A stretch of DNA of 64,000 bases, from assembly GCF_006345805.1 (NCBI RefSeq), contig NC_043009.1, positions 1,736,001 to 1,800,000 of the forward strand. Direction: 5' to 3'. The notes under the pieces were generated by a model. It did no database searches. It saw only the letters and a list, made by a program, of their open reading frames with translations, and was not told the DNA's origin. How positions within the stretch are numbered: the first letter of the stretch is position 1; every line of letters starts with the position of its first letter. Shown here piece after piece: positions 26,771 to 39,525 of this stretch. The translations under genes were made by a program, and so were the position numbers. This stretch comes from Octopus sinensis (lineage: Eukaryota).

Positions 26771-27532
26771 AAAAAAGAATGAGAGGGAAATCCAGAGAAT
26801 CGACATCCTGGAAAGGAAGGAAGGAAGGAAGGAAAGAAGGATAGTTGTTGCCTTGGAATGGGTTATTACGGATTAATAGTTTATCAATGTTGTCACGAGT
26901 GTCGTTGCCGTTGCAACTCGACATTTCGTGAAGGACAAGGACGAGCAGGGACAGGGCAGAGCGTTGCGATCTGCGCCGAGAAAAAAACCTATTTATTACT
27001 CGATAGCATCATTGGTACACGGCACCGTCAGCAGAGGGGGCGACGGTATAGGGAAGTGCCAAAATCAGGAGAGAAAGAAGAGAATGTACCGTTGCTTAGG
27101 ATGTATCTAGACGATTGCATTCCTCATAACTAGTGTGTGTGTCTGCATGTGAGTGCTTGTGTGTGTGTGTCTATCTATGTGTGTGTATGTGTTTATGTGT
27201 CTATGTGTGTTTGTGTGTGTGCGTCTATGTTTGTGTGTGTACGTGTGTGGCTGCGTGCGTGCCTGTGCGTGTTTGTGGAAGTGTTTATCTGTTTGTGTGT
27301 GTGTGTGTATGTGTGTGTATATTTCTAGAGGAAATTAGGGTGCAAGCTAGAAGGTACACCCACACAGACACACACACACACCTGAGTATCGAATGTCTCC
27401 CCTCCCTCTCTTGTAGATGTTCTGGAACAGGAGACAGACTGCTTATACTAGTTCGGTGCAGAAATTTCTGGTAATTTCAATATCGACACGAATATAGCTA
27501 CCACCACCACCACCACAACCACCACCCTACGC

Positions 27533-27695
27533 TCTTCTTCTTCTTCTTCTTCTTCTTCTTCTTCTTCTTCTTCTTCTTCTTCTTCTTCTTCTTCTTCTTC
27601 TTCTTCTTCTTCTTCTTCTCCTCGTTCTTCTTCTACTTCTCCTTCTCCTCCTTCTCCTCCTTCTCCTCCTTCTCCTCCTCCTCCTCCTTCTTCTT
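27533..27695. repeat. (TTC)n/(CTC)n polypyrimidine tract
   Basis: Direct reading. Confidence 0.95.
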
Positions 27696-28542
27696 CAAGT
27701 GGACGATGTCGATGACGTCCATAATAACGATGATGCTGATGATGATGCTGATGATGACGACGATTGACAAATGTTGATGATGATGATGATGATGATGAGG
27801 ACGACGACAGGTGGTGATGATGAATACTTCGGTACTAAAGGTGGCAGCGGCACACGTGTCAGCAGACGGTGGGGCGGGGGGGGGGTTACAACTGTTGTTT
27901 TTGTTGTTGTTCTCGTTGGTGTTTAACCCGCAGTTCATCATTCATCGAGCAGAACAACAATAAAAGACATTCCAACCGTGCCCATCAGAGGTGTACGGAA
28001 CCCAAGATAACTTTACTAAACGTGTAACATTTTTTTCATGGGTGATTTTCAGGAAGATTTGATTGCTATTTCTAGCAAAATGATTGACCACGTAGAGGCG
28101 CCTTCGTTGGTTCGGCCTGGAAAGGCGACTGCTGTGGCCTGGGCGGTATTGCAATGGTATTAGAAAAATAGCTGCTATCGTTCGATACCAAAATTCGCCT
28201 TAATCGAAGAAATCTATCGATCAGAGACAGCGGTTTTCAAAATAAAATATACTTGGTTCTTCCCTACCATTCATTTAATTGCTTCAGTTATTGGACTACG
28301 GCCATGCTGCAGCAACAATTAACTTTGCTTTTTTAAAGTGTCTGGTACCTGTTCAATCGGCCTCTTTTTGCTGAACCGCTAAATTACGGGGATGCAAGCA
28401 AAACAACACCGGTTGTCAAGCAATGGCGTACGAACAAACACAAAGGTACTTATACATACATGCATGCACGCATCCATATATATATACACACACATATATA
28501 TATGTATATATATATATGTGTGTACATATTTATATATATATA

Positions 28543-28924
28543 CTAGCAGTATCGTCCGGCGTTGCTCAGGTTTGTAAGGGAAATAACTATAAAGCATTTT
28601 TAGAGAGTTATAGCCAAAAAATAGCAAAAAAATGGAAAAAAATGATGGTAAATTTTTTTTTTAGTTAAAAAAGGTGGAGTTGCGTCCGCTAGACAGTTTG
28701 CGATTTGTGTTTCTGATTCTCGACCCCATGTCGAATTTATCGATTTTTTTCAGAACTGGGGGAACTTTTCAAAATTTTCGCTGCGTTAGTTTTGAATTAT
28801 GACATTGGGCTATGTGTGTGTCAAGTTTCATCAGAATCGGTTGAAAGCCGTGGTCAGAGTGAGGGTACGAGAAAACAGACACACAGAAAACGCACAGACA
28901 AACTGCCGTTTATATATAGAGAGA
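28543..28924 (-). mobile_element. Non-autonomous Helitron
   Basis: CTAG at 28543-28546 with hairpin; TC start at 28924 on the minus strand; reverse complement of 32188-32560. Confidence 0.85.
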
Positions 28925-28957
28925 TATATGTACGTATATATATGTCTGTCTGTCTGC

Positions 28958-29102
<145 letters not shown>

Positions 29103-29124
29103 CATCTATCTATCTAACTTTCTA

Positions 29125-30716
29125 TGGATCGCTGCCTTATACAGCGGCATCCGCTCAGTAGTTCGCGTAAATGGTCATCTATCCAGACCTTTTAACATCA
29201 TGCGTTCGGTTCGTCAGGGATGCCCCCTCTCATCGCTGCTGTATGTACTGACTCTTGAGCCACTACTGCGGAAACTGGCGACGCTGAGGGGCATCCCACG
29301 AGAGCTGGGATGCGGGAGGAGCGTGTCTGTATACGCGGATGACGTCACCGTCATAGTGTCGAGCTACGAGCACATCGAGCTGGTCGGCGAGACACTGAAA
29401 GAATACGAAGCGGTAACGGGAGCAAAAATTAACCGGGAAAAGTCAGTGGGCTTGCGGCTCGGCACCTGGAGAAGCAAGCCCATGCCGTCCAACAGCGTCT
29501 CCATCGTGGGACGCTGGACGGACGGACCGGTTAAATTGCTCGGGGTTGGTTCGGTCCGGACCTCCAAATGGAGAAGAACTGGGGCGAGATAACGACTAGG
29601 GTGGCTACTCTCACCCAGAAATGGACTGAGAGAAAGCTATCCCTAAAAGGTCGGGCGGAGGTGGCGAACGCGTACATCGCATCCGTCATCGAGTATCGTC
29701 TGACCGTCGTGCCTTGTCCCGACCCTACCATCACCAAACTGGAACGCATACTCTTCCGCTTCTTGTGGAAGGGAAACGTTCCGATGGTTAGGCGATCCAT
29801 TTGCTGCCAACACCCGCTAAATGGAGGGCTGGGCATGCCGTGGTTGATGATGCGCAGACATGCGCTGAGACTGCGACATCTCCGGCGCTTCATAGACAAC
29901 GGTGAACAGGGGTGGTCGCCTTTTGTGCGGCGCGCTTTCCCGCAGCTCGTCTCCTTGGACGAACTACAGTCATGGATCAAGCAGAGACCGAGGCTAGGCG
30001 AATGGCGCCGCGAGTGTCGCGTTGCTCTCAAGCAACTCTGCCGTCCGGGATTGAACTTGTGCGACGCCATCGCAACAAAGGCATTCTATAGAGGATTAGT
30101 GGAGGGGAGGTGCGACGACGAACTCGGGCAGAGTCTGGGCGTCGACGAGGAACACCTGACCCGCCTGTTCAGGACAACTTTCGGGCCGGGACCTATGAAC
30201 AATCACCAAAGATCCCTGGCCTGGCAGTGCTATCGAGAAGCATTACCTGTTCGGGATAAGCTCTACAGACACGGTTCCAGACACACTGGACCGACTTGCC
30301 CGAGATGCGGTCAGAGCGACGAAACCGTTCTGCACGCACTCGTGCAATGTCCAACCATTTCCGACATGTGGGCTTATGCCGAACGGCTGCTGTCACGTGT
30401 GGGACGAATCCGCCTATCGGCCGAGTCTATCGTGATAATTGCTCCGCCCCCTTCCTTCAACCGGGAAGGCAAGGCAGTTTTCATCGTACTGGTGGCCATG
30501 GTGAAAGAATGTGTGTGGTGGACTCGAGCGAAAGGATTAGAGACAAACACTTACCTCTCTGGCCAATCGCTCATCAACTTTTTCAAGTACCACTTGAAAA
30601 GGAAGGTGAGAATGGAGAGGGAAGTTTTGTCTCGCGAAAGATTCAAAAAAAGATGGGTGAATGTTGCAAAGATGGTGCGTGCTAGTAACGAAACCATTTT
30701 GAGCATGATCCTGTAG
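29125..30716 (+). pseudogene. Partial ORF2 (reverse transcriptase and zinc knuckle) of the Tx1-like LINE
   Basis: ORFs 28792-29592 (distal part) and 29568-30716 join through a 1-nt deletion (GV|WFGPDL). Confidence 0.9.
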
Positions 30717-31022
30717 ATCGTAAAAAAGAAAGAAAGAGAGCATTTTTGATCTCATGTGGTTATTTCCTCCCTGACTGGGGTTCCCGTGGTCTTTTCTGTA
30801 GGCTTTTCTTCCCACGGATGAACCCAATCTTGTTATATCAATGTTTACATCATTATTTCTGTGATACACGATTTCCTTTTTTCCCCTTTTTTTTCCTCCT
30901 CTCGATCCCTTTTGATCGCAATCTTACATTTTTTTTCATTTTTTTTCCACCCTCGAAAAGAAAAGCTCTGCATTTGTATTTGTCCCCTCTGTATTCAGCC
31001 CTGTGTGGCTAATAAAAGAAAG
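29125..31022 (+). mobile_element. 5'-truncated Tx1/L1-clade LINE inserted in (TATC)n
   Basis: RT motifs RQGCPLS, YADD, KINREKS; one frameshift near 29548; zf-RVT C-x2-C...H...C; 3'UTR ending AATAAAAGAAAG; (TATC)n on both sides. Confidence 0.92.
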
Positions 31023-31033
31023 TTATCTACCTT

Positions 31034-31069
<36 letters not shown>

Positions 31070-31078
31070 ACTTTCTAT

Positions 31079-31163
<85 letters not shown>

Positions 31164-31194
31164 CATCTATCTATCTATCTATCTAACTTTCTAT

Positions 31195-31315
<121 letters not shown>

Positions 31316-31338
31316 CATCCATCTATCTATCTACCTAC

Positions 31339-31417
<79 letters not shown>

Positions 31418-31469
31418 ACTGTCTGTCTGTCTGTCTATCTATCCTTTTTCTTTTCATCTCAAACCTTTC

Positions 31470-31575
31470 TGTCTAAGAGCGTTTAGACTCGAAACGTCAA
31501 AAACCTTTCTCTTCTTCTCGAGTGTTAAACTAACACACCTGCGTGTTGCTTCTTCACCTGTCTTCGTCTTGTTTT
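31470..31575 (+). mobile_element. Penelope-type 3'UTR relic with degenerate hammerhead
   Basis: CT-AAGA GCGTTTAGACTC GAAACGTC; the core lacks G5. Confidence 0.35.
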
Positions 31576-32187
31576 CTGTAAATATGAAATATATGGAACA
31601 AGAACGCAAAGCATCCAGACAGTTAGGTGATGCAAAAAAAGGACAACAAAACATCCAGACACACGATACAAAGAAAACAAGGACTGGTCATTCGGAGTTT
31701 TCTCAGTCGAGTTCCAGATTATTTTTGCAATTTCGGCTGGTTATACTCGAGATTGCTCCAATCTGGCCAGCCCCAAGGAAAAACTAAGCTAAGAGCATTA
31801 GATTCCTTGGAAGAAAGCAGCGAATGTATTCGAAAGCAAGGGCGGGAAAAATTTGTATCAGCGATATTCCGATCACGGCACGTGTCAACTGAAGACACTG
31901 ACAAAATTGAGTTACGATGAAATGAAAACATTCCAACCGTGACCATGCAATCTGTTGAAAAGTTTCTAGGACTACATTAATGTGTCCTACCTATTTTCTT
32001 TATAAAATGATAAGGTTTCATGTGAAGTTAAACTGGCTATTATTTCCAGCAGGTCGATCATAGACATTCGCTCCTTCTTTGGATTCGTGCTTCTTATTAT
32101 CCAACATGTCCGCCATGGTTCTTTTTGAGAGTAGTTTGGTTGCTATTTCTAGCCTGTAGTACGACTATATAGTGCTTCACTCCCTCA

Positions 32188-32560
32188 TCTCTCTCTATAT
32201 AAACGGCAGTTTGTCTGTGTGTCTGTTTGCTTGTACCCTCACCCTGACCACGGCTTTCAACCGATTCTGATGAAACTTGACACACATATAGCCCAATGTC
32301 ATAATTCAAAACTAACGCAGCGAAAATTTTGAAAAGTTCCCCCAGTTCTGAAAAAGATCGATAAATTCGACATGGGGTCGAGAATCAGAAACACAAACCA
32401 CAGATGGTCTAGGGGACGCAACTCCACCTTTTTAACTATCAAAAAAAATTTACCATAATTTTTTTTCCCATTTTTTTGCTATGTTTTGGCTATAACTCTC
32501 TAAAAATGCTTTATAGTTATTTCCCTTACAAACCCGAGCAACGCCGGGCGATACTGCTAG
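32188..32560 (+). mobile_element. Non-autonomous Helitron
   Basis: A|TC start; CCCGAGCAACGCCGGG hairpin; CTAG|T end. Confidence 0.9.
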
Positions 32561-32689
32561 TTGGTTCATATTTCTTGTCTTACATTATCCAATTTGTCCT
32601 TCTTTGTTTTCATTTGAAAATGATTTAGCGGCTATTTCTTGCAGATACGACCGCATAGAGACAGAGTCCTTCATTGCCTCATGCTACTT

Positions 32690-32922
32690 ATTTCTTCGTT
32701 GCCCTCAAGGGGCTAAACATAGAGGGGACAAACAAGGCCAAACATTCGGATTAAGTCGATTACGTCGACCCCAGTGCGTAACTGGTACTTAATTTAGCGA
32801 CCCCGAAAGGATGACAGGCAAAGTCGACCTCGGCGGAATTTGAACTCAGAACGTAGCGGCAGACGAAATACCGCTAAGCATTTCGCCCGGTGTGCTACCG
32901 ATTCTGCCAGCTCGCCGCCCTT
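32690..32922 (-). mobile_element. SINE (AGGCGGCGAGCTGGCAG family)
   Basis: Family-diagnostic blocks. Confidence 0.85.
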
Positions 32923-33346
32923 ACCTCATGCTTCTTGCCAGACATAACCCAGTATAATTCCCTTTCATTTGAGGGAAATTTAGCTGCTGTTTCTGATAGG
33001 TGCGACCACGTAAAGGTACACTTCTTCATTGGTTTATGCTACATGCGTAACATTATCCAACGTCCTTCCTCGGTTTCATTTGAAGGTAAACTTAGCTCTT
33101 ATTTCTAATATGACGAGAGACTCGGCAAGAGTAACCTTGTTAACTCATAAAAACCGATTAAAGTGCGTGCGTGCGTATTGATATGGTGTGTTGCTGGTTT
33201 CCTTGTTTACCCTACAATCAGTGTCTGTATATACAGTCTCCATAGCCATACAAGACTATCTTTCTACAGTATCTCTGTAACCGACTCCATTTTTGTTTGT
33301 AGATCAGCCCGATTTTTCTGATTTTATAAACACGTAGATAAGATAC

Positions 33347-33390
<44 letters not shown>

Positions 33391-33717
33391 GAGAGAGAGA
33401 GAGAGAGAGTGAAATACGTGTTACATATATACATATATATACACACAAGCGTATATATGCACATACACAAAAATATATACACATAGAAAACATACATATG
33501 AATGTGTGTATGTGTCGGTATACACACACACACATACACCTATATGCATATACAAATGTACCTGCTTATGTATAATAGTATATATATAGATACATATATA
33601 CATATATATATATGTGTGTGTGTATATATATTATATATATATATGTATGTATATATATACATACATGTGTGTGTGTATATGTGTGTGTGTGTATATATAT
33701 GTGTGTGTGTGTGTATA

Positions 33718-33760
<43 letters not shown>

Positions 33761-34474
33761 CATTATAACAAACATTTGCAAATGTATACAGAAATTGACA
33801 ACGTCTTACGTAAATTAACAACATGGCCAGTCACGTGACTAGGCGTGACGAGAAGATCCCAAATGATGTAAAGTAGCCAGCCAGCCCCTTATTTATTCAA
33901 GAAATACTCGCCTACATTTTGTAAAAGAAAAAAAATTCCATTTTCTTTTTCTTTATAATTGCTTCGTCATGGTAACGAACCTGCCAGAAAACCTCTACGA
34001 TCGACGCCCGTCATTCCAGAAATAGCAGCCAAACCTTCTTCAATTTAACTCACATGCAAAAAACCCGCGAGGAGATGCTTATATAATATGGCCGTGTATA
34101 CATTATTTCAACCAACCTAAATCGTGATTATGAGTAACCACTGCTTTTCGCCATTACTTCGTTATTTATCTTGATCGGGCGATCTACCAGAGCAAACTGG
34201 TCAATGTTGGCTGAATTATATATAAAGCTATAAGCTTTGTCAGTTCGTTCAGGGTTTCTCCTCTCAGGTACATCTGATCGACAAGAGTCAATAAACTCGA
34301 AACATCGATGTCTGAGATTCCCGAGAGAGGGCGACACACCATTTTACCATAAGAGAAATTTTTCTCCACGGTAACTGCAGTGTGTTTGCCATTAGCAGTT
34401 GAAATATGAGACAAATATATTTCAACTAACCTAAATTGGGATTATTCGTAAACACTGCTTAGCGCATTTACTCC

Positions 34475-34550
<76 letters not shown>

Positions 34551-34598
34551 TACACACATAAGAAATAATGTCTCTTATTATAGAAACAAAAGGATACA

Positions 34599-34638
<40 letters not shown>

Positions 34639-34643
34639 CACTC

Positions 34644-34685
<42 letters not shown>

Positions 34686-34715
34686 TCACATACATACACA
34701 CACACACACACAAGT

Positions 34716-35038
34716 GAAGGCGCATGGCTCAGTAGTTAGAGCGTCGAGCTTACGACCGCGAGGTTGTGAGTTCGAATCCCGTTCCGGGCTGCGTGTTGTG
34801 TTCTTGAGCAAGACACTTTATTTCACATTGCTCCAGTTCACTCAGCTGTAGAAACGAGTTGCGACGTCACAGGTGCCAAGCCGTATCGGCCCCTTTGCCT
34901 TTCCCTTGGATAACATTGGTGGCGTAGAGAGGGGAGGCCGGTATGCATGGGCGACTCCTGGTCTTCCATAAACAACCTTGCCCTGGGAGGGTAACTTTCT
35001 AAGTGTAATCCCATGGCCAGTCATGACCGAAGGGGTTC
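34716..35038 (+). mobile_element. Full-length tRNA SINE
   Basis: GGCGCATGGCTCAGTAGTTAGAGCG...GAGTTCGAATCCC head; tail GTCATGACCGAAGGGG; reverse copy at 60553-60882. Confidence 0.9.
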
Positions 35039-35234
35039 TCAGCAGATATACACACGACGGGCTTTCAAACCCCTGCTTGTTGTTCCTGCACTTGTCTTCG
35101 CCTTTTCTTTTCTGTGCACTTGAATTATACCAAAATTGGTATTAAAATCCATATTCCTTTTACAAATTTATTGGAACAAATGTCCTTTATTTTATGGGAA
35201 AATGAAGGTAAATCTTCATATTCCTACGTAAGCA

Positions 35235-35934
35235 CCGGTGGCTTCAACCAGTTTCCTCAAACGTCCGGGGATGGAATGAACAACATTCTGAACGACGTCA
35301 TCTGGGATATCATTGAGAACCTCCTGAATCCGTGTCTCCAAGTCCTCCAGTGTGCGAGGTTTTGTCTTGCACCCCACACATAATAATCAAAGGGTTGTAG
35401 TCTGGGATGTTAGGTGACCAGCTGTTATGGGTGATGTAGTCGCAGAAATTGTCTGACAGCCATGACTGGGTTCTTCCGCTTGTGTGACATGGTGCAGAGT
35501 CCTGTTGCCAGACATAGGGTCTTCCAGCAGCCACCCACTTGGCTCAGGGCAGCAATACCTTCTACGTGTTGAGTGTGAGGTCGCGTGGGAAGATAAATGG
35601 AAATATAACGCCGCCATCACTAGTGATCGTACGAAATATCATGATGGTGACTGGATAATTTGATTTTTATCACCCTCGGTACATGTTTTGGGGACACGGC
35701 AAGCCAACGGTTGTTCTTTGTGTTCATATTGGAATTTCTGGCGCTAATGCCAAGCAGCACAGAATGTCGTTTGAAAATTTCTGGCAGAGTGAATTGCGTC
35801 ATGGCGTTGTTTTTCTCGCAGACAGTGCCCAACCGACCCTACTAAAAGTGTGTGGTCGACAAAATCAAAAGCAAACAATGCGCATGCGCGGAATTAAAAA
35901 TATAAAATGGCGACAATTTACCCATCGCACCCTG
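35235..35934 (-). mobile_element. Internally deleted Tc1/mariner (maT/DD37D-like) relic
   Basis: TA-CAGGGTG TIR at 35934; YVWQQDSAPCHTSGRTQSWLSDNFCD...PDYNP. Confidence 0.85.
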
Positions 35935-36192
35935 TATATATCCTAATAAAATAATAGTAATAATAATAATAATAATAAAAATAAAACTACTGAATAATAA
36001 TAATAATAATAACCGTACAAAAATTGCTATTGCCAGTTGGCGTCATTTGGCTGTAGATGGCATTACAAAATAGGAGCTTTTATACGAATATTCAAAAACG
36101 TTTCCCGCAAACGAACTTAAAGGATAATATATATATATATATATATATATACTATATATATATATATATATAACATATATATATATATATAT

Positions 36193-36282
<90 letters not shown>

Positions 36283-36290
36283 TATACATA

Positions 36291-36326
<36 letters not shown>

Positions 36327-36456
36327 ACAAAACCTGTCACTCAGAGTAACAGTTTTTCTGATATTTTTGCTGCTTTTTAATAAGCATTTATTACTCTACC
36401 TCTGGTATTCGAGTACTATTTTTTCCACCTTGTTTTCGCATTTATGTGCTTACTCT

Positions 36457-36502
<46 letters not shown>

Positions 36503-36719
36503 AGTGTATCTTTCTTTCTCTTTCTTTCTCCCTCTTTCTCTTTCTCTCTCTCTCTCTCTCTATCTATATATATATATATTGATACATACACACACACACA
36601 AGATGGGCACGGTTGGAACAGCTTTGATCATAGGTCTTCCTAGTCAGGGCTGGCCTGGCGGATGCCGCCATCACCACCACCACCACCACCCCAACTACAA
36701 CACCGACAACACCAGCAGC

Positions 36720-36750
<31 letters not shown>

Positions 36751-37689
36751 CCAGCAAAAACAACAACAACAACAACCGTGACAACAAAAACTACAAAGAA
36801 CAACGCGTTACAAAGGAGGCCAGACGTTGTTTTCTCTTGCTTGCTTCGAGACTCCATTGATGTGGAAATTTATTTATAAGGAAAAGGAATAAATAATGTA
36901 TAATATATATAATAATAATAAATCTATAAATATTATTATATTTAATATTTTGCTTTTATCATTTTATATATCGCATGCGCGCGCGCACACATTTATTTAT
37001 ATGTATATTTATCACTCCCTCCTCCTTTGCAGTTACGCTAACTCTCTCTCTCTCTCCTCCTCCTCCTCCTCCTCCCTTTTATACAGATAAATATTATTAA
37101 TATTGATATTTTTCATTTATGTCTATCGAGGAATTGATGTCGCTGTGGTATTAAATATACGCGGATAGATCCCCCCCCCGTTATTACTTATTACATATCT
37201 TATTCGTATCTTTCTTACTCTGTCGCTGTGTTTCTCTTTCCACCACTCTCTCTCTCTTTATGCACATAGATATTTGTGTGTGTATATACACATACATGCA
37301 TAATCCATCTATCTATCTATCTATCTATCTTTTTGTCTGTCTGTCTGTCTCTTTCTCTCTCTCCCTCCCACCTCTCTCTCTCTGTTCGTGTATGTATGTG
37401 TGCGTGTGTGTGCGTGCGTATGAGTGTGTGTGTGTGTGTGCGTATGCATCCTCCCGCTACATATTTTACAAAGATATATGCATACACATATACATGTATG
37501 CGTGTGTATATTTGTACATATATATATGTGTGTGTGTGTATGTCTGTATATATATATATATATATAATATATATAAACATATATATATATATATGTATGC
37601 ATGTATATATATATATATACATTATATATATATATATATATATACATACACACACACAAGTATATATATAATCACCATCATCATCATCA

Positions 37690-37822
37690 TCACTTAACGT
37701 CCGTTGACCATGCTGGCATGGGTTGGACGGTTTGACTGGGCTGGCATGCTGGAAGGCTGCACCAGGCTCCAGTCTGATTTGGCATGGTTTTCTACGGCTG
37801 GATGCCCTTCCTAACGCCAACC
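37690..37822 (-). mobile_element. RTE-type 3' tail (SINE or LINE end)
   Basis: Reverse complement of GGTTGGCGTTAGGAAGGGCATCCAGCCGTAGAAAACCATGCC...; ends in (GAT)n. Confidence 0.7.
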
Positions 37823-37949
37823 ATTCGTGTGACAACGGGATGCGTTTACGTGCTGATTCGTCTGACACGGGTAACTGCCACGACTGCAATTTTGCTCGGC
37901 TTGATGGGTCTTTTTCTCAAGCACGATATAATGCCAAAAGTCTTGGTTA

Positions 37950-38097
37950 TTGCCTCCGTGGTGTCCAACACTCGAAAGGAACTCGGTCACTTTGCCTCCA
38001 TGGGGGCCAAACGCTCGAAAGGAACTCAGCCACTTTGCTTCCATGAGGCCCAACGCTCGAAAGGAACTCAGCCACTTTGCCTCTGTGTGGTCCAACG
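37950..38097. repeat. 42-43 bp minisatellite, about 3.5 units
   Basis: CTCGAAAGGAACTC at 37971, 38014 and 38056. Confidence 0.85.
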
Positions 38098-38184
38098 TTA
38101 AAAGGTTGATTTTTTTACGTGTCACCATCACGGGTGCACTTGGCTTGACAAGGCCACTAAAGCAGAGCACATCGCCAAATCGCC

Positions 38185-38435
38185 AAATCTAACGAGATTG
38201 AAGTGATGCTTGGAAGGAGGCGTGTTGATGTACGTTGCATTCAAGAGGTTAAGTGGAGAGGAGCTTCTGCTAGGTTCCTCACAGACAAGACACATAGGTA
38301 TGAAATCTTCTGGGAAGGCAACAATGACGGAGATGGTGGCGTGGGCATACTTCTTGCCGGGAAATAGGTGGATGTTCTCCTACCATAGCTTGACAACAGT
38401 CAGAATGTGCGATAGAGTACGTAAGCTAGGCTTAC
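38185..38435 (+). mobile_element. RTE-clade LINE apurinic endonuclease fragment
   Basis: EIEVMLGRRRVDVRCIQEVKWRGASARFL...GVGILLA. Confidence 0.8.
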
Positions 38436-38640
38436 CTATATATATATATATATATATATATATAGATAAGAAAGTTTGTTTGGTAAAGCACGTGGGTGAA
38501 TATATAAGAAAATAGTAAAGTGTGAAAAAACGACAGAAGGCTTAAATGTTAAAAAATATATATATTTGTGTCAAAATGTCTGGAGAATATTGGAAAAATT
38601 TTTTTCCTTTCCTTAAAATGACATAATTTTAAAATTTTTA

Positions 38641-38680
38641 AAGAAATTACCGGTTTCGCGTGTAGCTTTTCAAATTTCTT
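38641..38680 (-). ncRNA. Minimal type I hammerhead ribozyme, U3-A8 core variant (3' pLTR)
   Basis: AAGAAAU-UUGAAAA-GC(UACAC)GC-GAAACCGGUA-AUUUCUU: 7-bp stem I, palindromic stem III. Confidence 0.8.
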
Positions 38681-38862
38681 GTGACGTTATGTTTATATTG
38701 CATGGAGTTATCGTTGTATTTATTTTCAGGAGATTTCTAAATAAGGGGAGGTAGTGAGTGATTTCTTCCGGTGTAAGGGAGATAATCGCTTAAAATTTTT
38801 TTCCTTTTCCCTTGTTCATTTCTCTGTGTCAGTATGTTCGGATGGTTTTTCCCTTTCCCTTG

Positions 38863-39315
38863 TTAATTTCTCTGTGTCAGTATGTTCGGATGGTTGAGTC
38901 TGGGTTTGTACTTTTCAATGAAGAATGTTTCCTTGTTCAGTCTCATTTGTGTTGATGATCCGAAAGCACATTGGTAAAATGGGAAGATTAAAAATTGTGG
39001 CAGTAGTTGCTTTGCGCATTTCTCAATGTGCTCACTAAAAGGTATCATTCTATATTCTGGGAATGCAATCTGTTGTCGATGCAGTGTGCATCTACGCCTG
39101 AGTGATAGTCCCGTGGAACCCACGTAGTCTTGGTGGCAGCCCGAGCATTTAATGACATAAATTATGTTTTCAGAGGCACAAGTAAAGTTAGATTTGATCT
39201 TGAATTTCTGTCCCTCTTTAAAGAAGAATTCTGATCCTTCCAATAGGTTAGGACATGTTGCACAGTTCGATCTACCACATTTTTTTACTTTTGCATCCGT
39301 AATTTTAGAAGACAA
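38863..39315 (-). CDS. Zn-knuckle and GIY-YIG endonuclease (C-terminus of PLE pol)
   Basis: KCGRSNCATC...FTCASENIIYVIKCSGCHQDYVGST...R...H...E...LN. Confidence 0.9.
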   Translation of the reverse strand: MSSKITDAKVKKCGRSNCATCPNLLEGSEFFFKEGQKFKIKSNFTCASENIIYVIKCSGCHQDYVGSTGLSLRRRCTLHRQQIAFPEYRMIPFSEHIEKCAKQLLPQFLIFPFYQCAFGSSTQMRLNKETFFIEKYKPRLNHPNILTQRN

Positions 39316-39525
39316 TTTTGCCTTTGTGAGAATCTTTTTAAGTGATTTAGGCTGTTTGTAGCTTTTAATGATTTGGTGTATGTTTAGAATTTCCTTTAAT
39401 TTTGGTTTTTATGAAGTATTGGTAATTCTGGGTGATGATGGTGAAGGCTTCTTTGTTTCTGGGGTTGTATGTAGATATGTAAGGTAGTATTTTCGGGGAA
39501 GGTGTGTTGTTGTGTTGAACTTTTC

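Noticed and set aside
31560-31920. Unique-looking segment with short ORFs on both strands
   Set aside because: No recognisable domain; exon boundaries unsupported.
34265-34320. CTGATCGA...GAG/CTC-GAAACATCGATGTC hammerhead-like half, and DVSSLLT RT-like peptide on the other strand
   Set aside because: Core has insertions, stem I is not contiguous, and the peptide similarity is too short.
37950-38097. CRISPR-like repeat spacing
   Set aside because: Units are contiguous and near-identical with no unique spacers; eukaryotic context and no cas genes.
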